From: Candidatus Latescibacterota bacterium | Lineage (GTDB): Bacteria; Latescibacterota; UBA2968; GCA-2709665 | Assembly: GCA_965205485.1 (NCBI GenBank) | Contig: OZ242180.1 | Span: 1,792,001 to 1,856,000, forward strand | DNA length: 64,000 nucleotides | Reading direction: 5' to 3' | Shown: one piece after another, positions 10,633 to 19,683 of the stretch | How the letters are laid out: the number at the start of each line of letters is the position of its first letter | Position numbering within the stretch: the first letter of the stretch is position 1 | The notes under the pieces: generated by a model | The model's input: the letters and a program-made list of their open reading frames with translations, nothing else | Database searches by the model: none | Told to the model about the DNA's origin: nothing | Translations under genes and position numbers: made by a program

Positions 10633-10722
10633 AACCGGATCGGGGCGCCTTTCCTGAGGTGCGGAGGGGAATCGTCGCCGCGGTTTGTACTCGCCGTTAC
10701 GCGGCAGATTCAAGCAAATGCA

Positions 10723-10751
10723 TTGACTAATCTGATATTTTGCATTATAAA
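10723..10751 (+). promoter_or_regulatory. Putative sigma-70 promoter
   Basis: TTGACT-N17-TATAAA in an AT-rich patch upstream of 10820. Confidence 0.55.
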
Positions 10752-10819
10752 TTAGGGATTCGTGCGAGAATCCGATTACTGGAAAACCAACGGACGAGGA
10801 GGCTTCTGTGGATCGCGAT

Positions 10820-11041
10820 ATGAACAACATGGGATTTTGCCTGGGCGTTTTCGGCCTCGGCGCGATCATCGGCATGGCCCTGGGGATAATCGCCGGTGTC
10901 TTACTGGCGCCCCGGAGCGGTATCGAAACCCGCCAGACCGTTCGACGCAACGTGGACAAAGCCGTAAACAAGGGTCGGTCATACGTGGAACGCATCCGCG
11001 CGCAAAACGGAGACGGTGCGGAAGAAGCCGCGGAGTCGTAG
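10820..11041 (+). CDS. YtxH domain-containing small membrane protein
   Basis: Gly-rich TM segment followed by LLAPRSGIETR (YtxH motif APxSGxETR). Confidence 0.8.
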   Translation: MNNMGFCLGVFGLGAIIGMALGIIAGVLLAPRSGIETRQTVRRNVDKAVNKGRSYVERIRAQNGDGAEEAAES

Positions 11042-11130
11042 TGCAGGATGTTGGACGCTAAAGGCACATCGAGAATTCGTAACGCAGGCGCGGGGCCGGA
11101 CATGGAAACTCACCTGCGAAGGAGTGACTC

Positions 11131-12246
11131 TTGAAAAAGGCAATTGCCGCAGCGATTCTGGGCTTTCTGCTCAGCGGGGGGCAATGGGCTTTTGCCGGAG
11201 AATTGTCGATTTACGGCTTTGTCCGCTTCGACGCCGTTTTTGACGATTCGAAGATGCAAAGCCACCAATTCGGCTTCTGGGTAAAGCCGGAAGAACCTGG
11301 CGCCGAGACCGATGGCAATTTGACCATGTACCCGCGCCTCACCCGCCTTGGGGCGAGGTTCAAACCCGTGAAATTGGACGAAGTCTCCAGTATCAGCGGT
11401 CTCGTCGAGATCGACTTTCAGAACGGGGGCAGCGAATCGCGCCAGATTCTGCGCCTCCGGCAGGCATACTTCAATCTTCAGCGGGGGGACTGGCACTTTC
11501 TCGCCGGACAGTGCTGGGACGTCATTTCGCCGATCTTTCCGATCGCCAACAACGACGGTCTGATGTGGCACGCCGGAAACCTGGGCGACCGTCATCCCCA
11601 GGCGCGGCTCACGTACAAACCCGAGGGCGGGTTTTCTCTGGCGATTGCGGCAGGTCAGACCGGGGCCGTGGACAGGAAAGACCTGGACAGGAACGGCATT
11701 ATGGATGGCTGGGACGCGGCAGTGCCCTTCCTGCAGGCACGGCTTGGATTCGAGCAGCCGAAATTCAAGGGGGGCGCGTGGGCCCATTGGGGCGCCGAAG
11801 AGACTGCCGCGCCCGTGGGCGGCGAAACAAGCTTTACGTCGACCGCGGTGGGTCTGGACGCTTCGATTTCACTTACCGACCAGTTTTTGGTACAGGGTGA
11901 AGCCTGGACGGGGAGAAACCTCACCGACATCCGCGGCGGCATCGGACAGGGGGTCAACACAGCCACGGGCGAGGAGATCGCCTCTACCGGCGGGTGGGCG
12001 CAGATCGTGATCATGCCCAACGCCCAATGGAAGCTTTACGCCGGGGCAACGATGGAGAAGCCGGATGAGGATGCCGTGCCCTCGGGCGGACGTACCAGGA
12101 ATGGCGCCTTCTACGCCGTCGGTCGATATCGGCCGTGGAAGCCGCTCCAGGTAGCGGTTGAATATCTGTACTGGAAGACCACCTACAAGGGACCGAACGA
12201 CGGGGTCGCCAACCGGTTGGACATCCATTTTACCTATAACTTCTAA
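11131..12246 (+). CDS. Outer-membrane porin (DcaP-like)
   Basis: Signal peptide, IYGFVRFDA, TRLG, VEIDF, LRLRQAY, LAGQ.W, C-terminal aromatic motif FTYNF; TTG start behind GGAG. Confidence 0.75.
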   Translation: MKKAIAAAILGFLLSGGQWAFAGELSIYGFVRFDAVFDDSKMQSHQFGFWVKPEEPGAETDGNLTMYPRLTRLGARFKPVKLDEVSSISGLVEIDFQNGGSESRQILRLRQAYFNLQRGDWHFLAGQCWDVISPIFPIANNDGLMWHAGNLGDRHPQARLTYKPEGGFSLAIAAGQTGAVDRKDLDRNGIMDGWDAAVPFLQARLGFEQPKFKGGAWAHWGAEETAAPVGGETSFTSTAVGLDASISLTDQFLVQGEAWTGRNLTDIRGGIGQGVNTATGEEIASTGGWAQIVIMPNAQWKLYAGATMEKPDEDAVPSGGRTRNGAFYAVGRYRPWKPLQVAVEYLYWKTTYKGPNDGVANRLDIHFTYNF

Positions 12247-12329
12247 TGATCTATGGATACCCGTTCGAGTGTGTGTAAATGATCCCCGCGGATTCAGGCA
12301 AATCCGTATTTCAGCTGAAGAGGAACGGA

Positions 12330-13697
12330 ATGGATATTCCCAACTGCACCGGCGGACCCGATTTCCTGAATGACCGGGCGTCCGACCTGACGCGAAGGTC
12401 GATGCTCCGTCGAGGCTTTTTCGGGCTGCTGGCGTTGTCCTGGGGTGGCTGGACTGACGTCGGAGCCGTGACAGGAGGATCGAACGGGGATTCAACGGCA
12501 GATCCGAACAGCGACGGAGGTTCCGAAGGCGTCTATGACGGCAAGATCGTCCTGGGCATGTCCGCCGCGTTTTCGGGGCCCTCCCGGGGGCTGGGCAGCG
12601 AACTCTACCGGGGCGCCAGGTCTTACTTCAACCACGTCAACGACAATGGCGGCGTTGGCGGCCGCCAGATCGTCTTCAAGCTGTACGATGACGGGTACCA
12701 GCCGGATCCGTGTGTGAAGAACACGATGAAACTCATGCTGGAAGATCACGTGTTCCTGTTATTCGGGTACGTTGGTACGCCGACGGTGACGCGCGCGCTT
12801 CCGCTGCTGAAGAAGTTCCAGGACGAGCGGGTCTATCTGTTTTTCCCGTTTACCGGCGCCCAGCCTCAACGGGAGCCGCCATACGGGGATTTCGCGTTCA
12901 ACCTCCGGGCGTCCTATCGCCAGGAGACCGCGGGGCTTGTGGACAATTTCGTTCGCACCGGCAGAAAGCGGATCGCCGTGTTCTACCAGGCCGACGCATA
13001 CGGACGCAGCGGATGGGCGGGCGTGAGAGCGGCAATCGAGGCGCACGGCGAACACATTGCCGCCGAGGCGACCTACCGCCGCGGGCAGAGGTTTACCGGA
13101 AGCATGAGGCGGCAGGTTGAGATTCTGCAGAAGGGTTCTCCCGACGCCGTCATCTGCATCGGTTCGTACGCCGCGTGCGCGGCCTTCGCTCGCGACGCGA
13201 TCGACCTGGGCCTAAAGGTCCCGATCGCCAATCTCTCATTCGTTGGCAGCGAGAATCTGCTGCATCTGCTCAGCGAGGGCCGTGACGACGCCGAGACCTA
13301 CACCCGGTATCTCGTCAACTCCCAGGTCGTGCCCAGCTACGAAGACACTTCTATTCCGGCCGTGAGAGAGTACCGTGAGTTGATGGCGCGCTACAATCCG
13401 GCCGTTCCGCAGGAACTGGTCAAAGAGCCCTACAGTCCGTTCGAGCAGAGCTTCGTAAGCCTGGAGGGTTTTCTGGATGCAAAGCTGATGACCGAGATTC
13501 TCAGGCGCCTTGGAGATAATCCAAGCAGGACGGGACTTGAGGACGCGGTATTCTCTGTCCGGGATTTCGATCTCGGCATAGGTGAGAAAGTCTCTTTCGG
13601 ACCCGATCGGCGACAGGGACTGCAAACCGTTTACTATACCGTTGTTCAGGACGGCCGGTTTGTCACCCTGAACGACTGGGAAAGCTGGCTTTCGTAA
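12330..13697 (+). CDS. Periplasmic binding protein type 1 (LivJ-like), probable Tat substrate
   Basis: LTRRSML twin-arginine motif; IVLGMSAAFSGP, GGVGGRQI, YDDGYQP, GYVGTPT, NLRASY. Confidence 0.85.
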   Translation: MDIPNCTGGPDFLNDRASDLTRRSMLRRGFFGLLALSWGGWTDVGAVTGGSNGDSTADPNSDGGSEGVYDGKIVLGMSAAFSGPSRGLGSELYRGARSYFNHVNDNGGVGGRQIVFKLYDDGYQPDPCVKNTMKLMLEDHVFLLFGYVGTPTVTRALPLLKKFQDERVYLFFPFTGAQPQREPPYGDFAFNLRASYRQETAGLVDNFVRTGRKRIAVFYQADAYGRSGWAGVRAAIEAHGEHIAAEATYRRGQRFTGSMRRQVEILQKGSPDAVICIGSYAACAAFARDAIDLGLKVPIANLSFVGSENLLHLLSEGRDDAETYTRYLVNSQVVPSYEDTSIPAVREYRELMARYNPAVPQELVKEPYSPFEQSFVSLEGFLDAKLMTEILRRLGDNPSRTGLEDAVFSVRDFDLGIGEKVSFGPDRRQGLQTVYYTVVQDGRFVTLNDWESWLS

Positions 13698-13698
13698 A

Positions 13699-14442
13699 AT
13701 GAAAATTCAAAAGCTGTTTCAGAAGACCAGGTTCGGCATCTTTGCGCTATTCGGGCTGATCGTACTGTCCACGTCGTTCCTGTGCATCTACACGGTAGAC
13801 ACGCAGTTGTCGGCGGAGTACGCGTCCAACAGCAAAGACATCGCGAAGACCATCGCCAACGCCAGCGTGGACATCCTGTTGAACCGGAATCTTGCGACGC
13901 TGCAGTCGATGATCGATCAGTTTGTCGAGATTCAGGGTATCCGTTACATCTACATCACCAGCGAAAAGGGCGAGTATCTTGCACATACCTTCGTTCCGGG
14001 TATCCCCGAGGAGATTCTCGAGAGCGATCCGTCCAGCACCGAACCGGTTGAGCGAAGCATTCCGGGTCTGGGCGATTTCCTGGAGGTGGGCAGCCCGATC
14101 CTGGCCGGCGTTGCCGGCACGGTACACGTCGGTATGGACCTGGACATCGTCGCGCTCAAGATCCAGCGCGCCATCGGCCAGCAGGTCATTCTAATCAGTA
14201 TCTTTCTCGTTGTGGGCGTGCTGGCGTCGATTTGGCTGGTCAACCTGGCCGCGAAGCCGCTGGGAGGGCTTCTTTCCTACGCAGTGGACCTGGCCGACGA
14301 TCGAAAGCAGGATAAGCAGGAGGACGACGAACTGCTTGCGCGCGATGACGAAGTCGGTGACCTCGCCCGGCTGTTCCGGCATATTTCGGGCAATTCGCCG
14401 GGCGCGGGTGAATCGGTGGCGTCGGCGGAAAGGAAAGGTTGA
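13699..14442 (+). CDS. Two-TM membrane sensor-like protein with HAMP domain and no output domain
   Basis: TM1, periplasmic segment (YIYITSEKGEYLAHTF), TM2, HAMP motif KPLGGL...RDDEVGDLARLF, then stop. Confidence 0.7.
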   Translation: MKIQKLFQKTRFGIFALFGLIVLSTSFLCIYTVDTQLSAEYASNSKDIAKTIANASVDILLNRNLATLQSMIDQFVEIQGIRYIYITSEKGEYLAHTFVPGIPEEILESDPSSTEPVERSIPGLGDFLEVGSPILAGVAGTVHVGMDLDIVALKIQRAIGQQVILISIFLVVGVLASIWLVNLAAKPLGGLLSYAVDLADDRKQDKQEDDELLARDDEVGDLARLFRHISGNSPGAGESVASAERKG

Positions 14443-15761
14443 TCGGAGGACGGGCGTTGCGTATTCCAAGAAGCGCTATCGCACTATTCTGCACGGTTCT
14501 GCAAGTTTGCTTCGGCACGGTTTACGCCTGGAGCTTCTTCCAGACGATTCTGGTGCATCGGGGCGGCTGGACACATACGGAGACTGCGTGGGCGTTCAGT
14601 ATCGCGATTTTTACGCTGGGCGTATCGGCCGCGTGGGCGGGTAACATGCTCTCCCGGTTGGGTCCGAGGTTTCTGGCGGTGACCGGCAGTATCCTGTTTT
14701 CAGGCGGATACCTGATTTCCGGGGCGGCGCTTCACCTGGACTCGATACCGCTGTTCTATCTGGGCTATGGCGTGATAGGCGGCGCGGGTATCGGACTGGG
14801 CTACGTCACGCCGGTCGCCACGGTCGCCAAATGGTTCCCCGATCGGAAAGGACTGGCCACCGGTATCGTGGTTATGGGCTTTGGCGTGGGCGCTTTCCTG
14901 CTGAGCAAGGGGCTGGCGCCATTTTTGATCGTAACCACGGAGGGCACGCTCCCGCTCGTCTTCATCTGGCTCGGGATCATATTCGGCGTCATTCTGCTAC
15001 CCTGCAGCCTGGCCCTCAGCGATCCGCCCGCGACCGCGAGCCCGGCGGGCGGTACAGCCGATGAGGCGCTGGAATACGGGGAACCGGACTCTGCCGTGAC
15101 GTATCTCAAGACGACCCAGTTCGTGATCATGTGGATCGTCTTCTTCTTCAATATCGCCGCCGGAATCTCCGTCATCAGCTTCCAGTCCGAAATCCTCCAG
15201 GAGATCTGGGGTCTGGCGGACAACACGATAGAGCCAACCATGCTGGCCGAATACGGCGCCACGCTGATCGCCGTCAGTTCCATCTGCAACGGATTGGGGC
15301 GCCTCTTCTGGGGATTGCTATCGGACAAGTTCGGCCGGGTTACGATTTTCAGGGTTCTCCTCGCCAGCCAGATGGTCGTCTTCGGCATCCTGATGACGGA
15401 GACCAATCCCTGGGTATTCTCCGCCCTGGTCTGCTACGTCCTTCTCTGCTTCGGCGGCGGATTCGCGACCATGCCGCCCTTCGTCCTCGACGTGTTCGGT
15501 ACGAAAAAAATGTCCACGATCTACGGCGCCGTCCTGACGGCCTGGGCCGCCGCCGGTATCACGGGTCCCCTGTACGTCGGGTATCTTAAGGATGTATATC
15601 CCGATAGAGCGGTGATGTATTGCTTCCTCATCGGGATCCTCATGCTGGGCGCGGGATATCTCTTCACGTACCTGCTGAACGACGGCAGGATTCGCCTGGG
15701 GCGTCCCACGCTGGCGAGCACGCTGCACCGTTATGGGATTCCAGTACCGGAGAAGTCCTGA
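14439..15761 (+). CDS. MFS transporter, oxalate:formate antiporter (OFA) family
   Basis: GTVYAWS, GIGLGYVTPVATVAKWFPDRKGLATG, NGLGRLFWGLLSDKFGR, FGGGFATMP, YGAVLTAW. Confidence 0.9.
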   Translation: MIGGRALRIPRSAIALFCTVLQVCFGTVYAWSFFQTILVHRGGWTHTETAWAFSIAIFTLGVSAAWAGNMLSRLGPRFLAVTGSILFSGGYLISGAALHLDSIPLFYLGYGVIGGAGIGLGYVTPVATVAKWFPDRKGLATGIVVMGFGVGAFLLSKGLAPFLIVTTEGTLPLVFIWLGIIFGVILLPCSLALSDPPATASPAGGTADEALEYGEPDSAVTYLKTTQFVIMWIVFFFNIAAGISVISFQSEILQEIWGLADNTIEPTMLAEYGATLIAVSSICNGLGRLFWGLLSDKFGRVTIFRVLLASQMVVFGILMTETNPWVFSALVCYVLLCFGGGFATMPPFVLDVFGTKKMSTIYGAVLTAWAAAGITGPLYVGYLKDVYPDRAVMYCFLIGILMLGAGYLFTYLLNDGRIRLGRPTLASTLHRYGIPVPEKS

Positions 15762-15981
15762 ACGCGACACAAATTGCCTTGAAAGGAAGCTTTGAAATCA
15801 GAACTGCAAAATTCCTTCCTCCAGCCCGCATCCTCTCATCCCCGGTTTATTCTTCCATTCCGATTTCAATGAAGACCTCGCGGCCGTTCAGCGCCTGTAC
15901 CGGCCGGTCATTCTTGCGGACAATATTCGTGAATGCGGCAATCTGCGCCTCAAATGCCTGACCTGAGGTAGGCAAAACGCA

Positions 15982-16755
15982 ATGAAAACGGTATACGCAG
16001 GTATTCTGGTTGTTCTGCTCCTGACAATTCCGAACGCCGCGATCGCGCAGACGGAGTTTCACTTTCAATACGGCTCACACGTGAATCCATTCTCGGGGTC
16101 CGGCCAATGGACGTTTGTGTTTACCGTGCAGAACGCCTCAAGATGGAAACTGGGCGACAGTTTCTTTTTTCTCGATTACATTGACGACAGCGTCAGCGAC
16201 GGATTCAACGACAGGGACTTCTATTCCGAGTGGTATCCCACACTGAGTTTCGGCAAACTGTCGAAAAAGGAAGTGCGCGCGGGTCCCATTCGAGATTTCG
16301 CCCTGGTCGCCGGCGTCAACGCGGGGGGCGACGCCAAGGTATTGAAATACCTGCCGGGCGTGAGGGCTTCCTGGAACGTGCCCGGATTCGTGTTTCTGAA
16401 TACGGACCTGACGGCCTATATTGACGACAACACCGGCGTGGACGGCGGCGGGGCGCCGAAGACGGGTAACAGCTTCATGTTCGACGTCAGCTGGCTGCTG
16501 CCCATCGAAGCCGGCGAGCAGTCATTTACGTTCATGGGGCACGCCGAATATATAGGCGGTCGTACCAACGAGTTCGGGGATGACGTCAACGGGTCTATCC
16601 TTGCGCAGCCGCAACTGGTGTGGGACGTGGGTAAGGCGATGGCGGGCGAAGCCAACCAATTCATGGCCGGCGTAGAATTCCAATTTTGGCGCAATAAGCT
16701 TGGAACGGACGAGGACGAAATGATCGCGCAGATGCTCGTGGTCTGGCGCATGTAG
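15982..16755 (+). CDS. Outer-membrane nucleoside/nucleobase channel-like protein (Tsx/DUF5020-like)
   Basis: Signal peptide; T.QNASRWKLGDSFFFLD, YSEWYP.LS, ILAQPQLVWD, GVEFQFWRNKLG. Confidence 0.75.
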   Translation: MKTVYAGILVVLLLTIPNAAIAQTEFHFQYGSHVNPFSGSGQWTFVFTVQNASRWKLGDSFFFLDYIDDSVSDGFNDRDFYSEWYPTLSFGKLSKKEVRAGPIRDFALVAGVNAGGDAKVLKYLPGVRASWNVPGFVFLNTDLTAYIDDNTGVDGGGAPKTGNSFMFDVSWLLPIEAGEQSFTFMGHAEYIGGRTNEFGDDVNGSILAQPQLVWDVGKAMAGEANQFMAGVEFQFWRNKLGTDEDEMIAQMLVVWRM

Positions 16756-16789
16756 CCTGGCCGCCGGGCGGATCGATAGGGAGAGACAG

Positions 16790-18532
16790 ATGCCTTCGGA
16801 AGAAGCCCGTACAAACGAAACCATTCGGTACGAACCGGACGAGAGGCCCCCGCATACAGTCGCCGCCGCGGTCGGTTTTCAGGCCGCTGTTGTGGTCCTG
16901 GCGCCCGTGGTGCTCAGCGCGGTAATCATCGGCCGTGCCGCCGGTCAACCGGACAGCTATTTGAACTGGATCGCCTTCGCGGCGCTGGTGGTCAGCGGCA
17001 TAAGCACAGTCCTGCAAGCCGTGAGGGTGGGGCGCATCGGGGCGGGCCACGTGCTCATCATGGGCACGTCCGGCGCCTTCATTGCGGTGTGCATTACGGC
17101 GCTGGTGAAGGGCGGGCCGGCGTTGATGGCGAGCCTGATCGTGGTATCCTCGCTGTTTCAGTTCGCCATGGCCGCGCGTCTTTCACTCCTGCGCCGTATC
17201 ATTACTCCGGTTGTCGCCGGAACCGTGATCATGCTGATCGCTGTTACCGTGATGCCTGTGGTTTTCGGCCTGTTGAAGGACGTGCCCGAGGGGACGCCGG
17301 CGGGTGCGTCACCGGCAGCGGCGGGCGCCGCATTCGTTACTCTCGTCGTGCTGGCGCTGAGGGCCCCCGCATCCCTCCGGCTGTGGGCGCCGCTGATCGG
17401 AATCGCAGTTGGATGCGCGGTTGCCGCGCCGTTCGGACTGTACGATGTACGTCCTGTCGTCGACGCGCCCTGGATCGGTTTTCCGAATTACCCCTGGCCG
17501 GGGCTGGATCTCTCCCTGAGCGCGGAGTTCTGGGCGCTGCTTCCGGCATTTGTGGTGGTCACGGTCGTCGGGGCGATCGAGACGGTTGGCGACGGCGTCG
17601 CCATTCAACGGGTCTCCCGGCGCCGGCCCCGCGCAACCGACTTCCGCCTGGTGCAGGGCGCCCTCAACGCCGACGGCATGGGCAATCTGCTCTCCGGCCT
17701 TATCGGGACCCCGCCCAATACGACCTATTCCACCAGCATTTCGCTTGCCGAACTGACCGGAGTCGCGGCGCGCCGCGTCGGGATATATATCGGGATCCTA
17801 TTCGTCCTGCTGGCCCTGTCCCCCAAGGTAACGGCCCTCGTGATCGCCATTCCCAATCCCGTCGCAGCTGCCTATGTCACGCTGCTGATAGGCCTGTTAT
17901 TCGTACAGGGCATGAAGCTGATTGTCGAGGACGGCATCGATCACCGGAAGGCCACGGTGGTCGGGCTGGCTTTCTGGCTGGGTGTGGGTTTTCAGAATCA
18001 GGTGATCTTTCCTGATTTGATTGGCGGGACGTGGGGGACGTTGCTTGGAAACGGGATGACCGCAGGCGGTCTCGCGGCCATCCTGCTGACCGCTTTCATG
18101 GAATTGACGGCCCGCCGCCGGAAACGCCTCCAGGTTGAATTGTCCGCCGAATCGCTTCCCGGGATCGACGGGTTCCTCCGCGGGTTTGCGGCAGGCATCG
18201 GATGGACGGAGCCGGCAACCGGCCGGCTGTGCGCCGCGGGCGAAGAGACCCTGTCGATTCTGATAGAACAGGCCGGTGAGCGCGCGCGTGAGGACGAGCG
18301 GCTGCTCGTCATCACCGCCCGGCACGTGGAAGAGACCGCGGAGCTGGAGTTTCTGGCGGCTGCGGCGGGAGAAAACCTGGAAGACAGGCTGGCGTATCTG
18401 AGTGAACAGCCGGAGATCCTGGACGAGCATGAAATATCGTTCAGGCTGTTGCGACATTACGCTTCGTCCGTGCGCCACCAGAAGTATCACGATCTGGACA
18501 TCGTTACCGTTCGGGTGGAAGGCGCGTCATAG
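16790..18532 (+). CDS. NCS2 (uracil/xanthine) permease with C-terminal degenerate HATPase_c/RsbW-like domain
   Basis: YEPDERPP, GTSGAFI, IETVGD, GALNADG, PNTTYSTS, LTGVAARRVG, plus an extra cytoplasmic tail of about 135 aa. Confidence 0.85.
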   Translation: MPSEEARTNETIRYEPDERPPHTVAAAVGFQAAVVVLAPVVLSAVIIGRAAGQPDSYLNWIAFAALVVSGISTVLQAVRVGRIGAGHVLIMGTSGAFIAVCITALVKGGPALMASLIVVSSLFQFAMAARLSLLRRIITPVVAGTVIMLIAVTVMPVVFGLLKDVPEGTPAGASPAAAGAAFVTLVVLALRAPASLRLWAPLIGIAVGCAVAAPFGLYDVRPVVDAPWIGFPNYPWPGLDLSLSAEFWALLPAFVVVTVVGAIETVGDGVAIQRVSRRRPRATDFRLVQGALNADGMGNLLSGLIGTPPNTTYSTSISLAELTGVAARRVGIYIGILFVLLALSPKVTALVIAIPNPVAAAYVTLLIGLLFVQGMKLIVEDGIDHRKATVVGLAFWLGVGFQNQVIFPDLIGGTWGTLLGNGMTAGGLAAILLTAFMELTARRRKRLQVELSAESLPGIDGFLRGFAAGIGWTEPATGRLCAAGEETLSILIEQAGERAREDERLLVITARHVEETAELEFLAAAAGENLEDRLAYLSEQPEILDEHEISFRLLRHYASSVRHQKYHDLDIVTVRVEGAS

Positions 18533-18612
18533 TATCGGCGAGCGAAGCTGAACGAACGGGCGGAAGGGACGCTAACAGTCCGTTGATAAAGTCGCTCTGC
18601 AGGCGAGGTATG

Positions 18613-18774
18613 GTGTCCCGTCCCGGAAATATGTCACCATTCATCCGCCGATTCATCCCGTCTGGCGGCGTTGCCTTCGCTCGGTGACCTTGCGCAGGTC
18701 GCCTTGCTCAGGCGCCTTGCCAGCCGGGCGACTCGACGGCCGAATTTTGGTAATCTATTTCCGGGACAGAACAC
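18613..18774 (-). mobile_element. MITE-like element, family A, copy 2
   Basis: TIRs GTGTCCCGTCCCGGAAAT...ATTTCCGGGACAGAACAC; interior is the reverse complement of 4111-4288. Confidence 0.7.
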
Positions 18775-18899
18775 TTGCCATTGTGGTCGAAGACAAGGCG
18801 CGCGACCGAGTCCCATCCTGCGATTCGGCGAGGGAGCGCAACGCGGTATTTCGACCGCAAGGGCCGGCTGTAGCCCGGATGGGCTTTTTCAACGGGCTG

Positions 18900-19556
18900 C
18901 TAATACGGCCGCATCTGTACGGCGAGGGCGAGCGAGAGTTCGATTTCCGTGATCGCCCGAAACGTTGCCTGGCCGATCAGATCGAGCTTCCTCACCTGGT
19001 TGATGCGGGGGGCAACCCGCGCCAGTTCTCTGGCAGACAGAATCTGGCTGAACAGGTTGCAGGCGTGCGCCAGACTGATGATCACCACGTCCCGGGGGTC
19101 GGGGATCTGGTCGCTGAACAGGATCTCCATAATCCTGAGCTTGACTTCCCGCTCGGCCTGGTCGTCCACGGACGGGTATCGCCGCGACCGGAAGACCCAG
19201 AGAAACCGGTCGTCCCGGCGTTCGAGGATGCCCTTTTCAACCAGCCGCTCAAGAGACGTCTCGCGAATGCCCGCAGCGCTGCGAATGGCGGTGCGTTCCA
19301 CCCAGAAGCGCGCGTCGCGGGTTTCGTCAGCCTGCGAAATGTCGGCGAGCGTCGGATCGAGAAGGCCGTCCCCAACGGGGGTCGAATCCACCAGGACCAG
19401 CCGGTCCGGATCGGTGTCGATTCGGTTTTCCATGGCCAGGTCCATCAGCACCCCGCCGGCCAGCGCGTAGCGCAGGGACTGATCCGGCACGCGGGCGAAT
19501 CTGCCGTTGTCGTCGTCGAGTATCAGGAGCATGAGTTCTTCGGGGAATCTAAGCAT
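18900..19556 (-). CDS. GOLPH3/VPS74 (GPP34) family protein
   Basis: MLRFPEELMLLILDD, ALAGGVLMDLA, PVGDGLLD, LERLVEKGIL...FLWVFRSRRYP. Start moved to ATG 19556 behind AAGGA. Confidence 0.85.
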   Translation of the reverse strand: MLRFPEELMLLILDDDNGRFARVPDQSLRYALAGGVLMDLAMENRIDTDPDRLVLVDSTPVGDGLLDPTLADISQADETRDARFWVERTAIRSAAGIRETSLERLVEKGILERRDDRFLWVFRSRRYPSVDDQAEREVKLRIMEILFSDQIPDPRDVVIISLAHACNLFSQILSARELARVAPRINQVRKLDLIGQATFRAITEIELSLALAVQMRPY

Positions 19557-19597
19557 CGTCAGTTCCTTTCTTGAATGGAAGTCAATATCCAACATAA

Positions 19598-19625
19598 ATG
19601 ATACGGCAAGTTGGGGCATTGTCAA
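19598..19625 (-). promoter_or_regulatory. Putative sigma-70 promoter of the GPP34 gene
   Basis: TTGACA-N16-TATCAT on the minus strand. Confidence 0.45.
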
Positions 19626-19683
19626 GCCTGACGCGCAGCACGGGCATGGATCGTCTTTCCCGGATTCCTGAGAAAACGATACA

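Noticed and set aside
18572..18600. Possible IS end (TAACAGTCCGTTGATAAA)
   Set aside because: No matching second end or transposase was found in the window.
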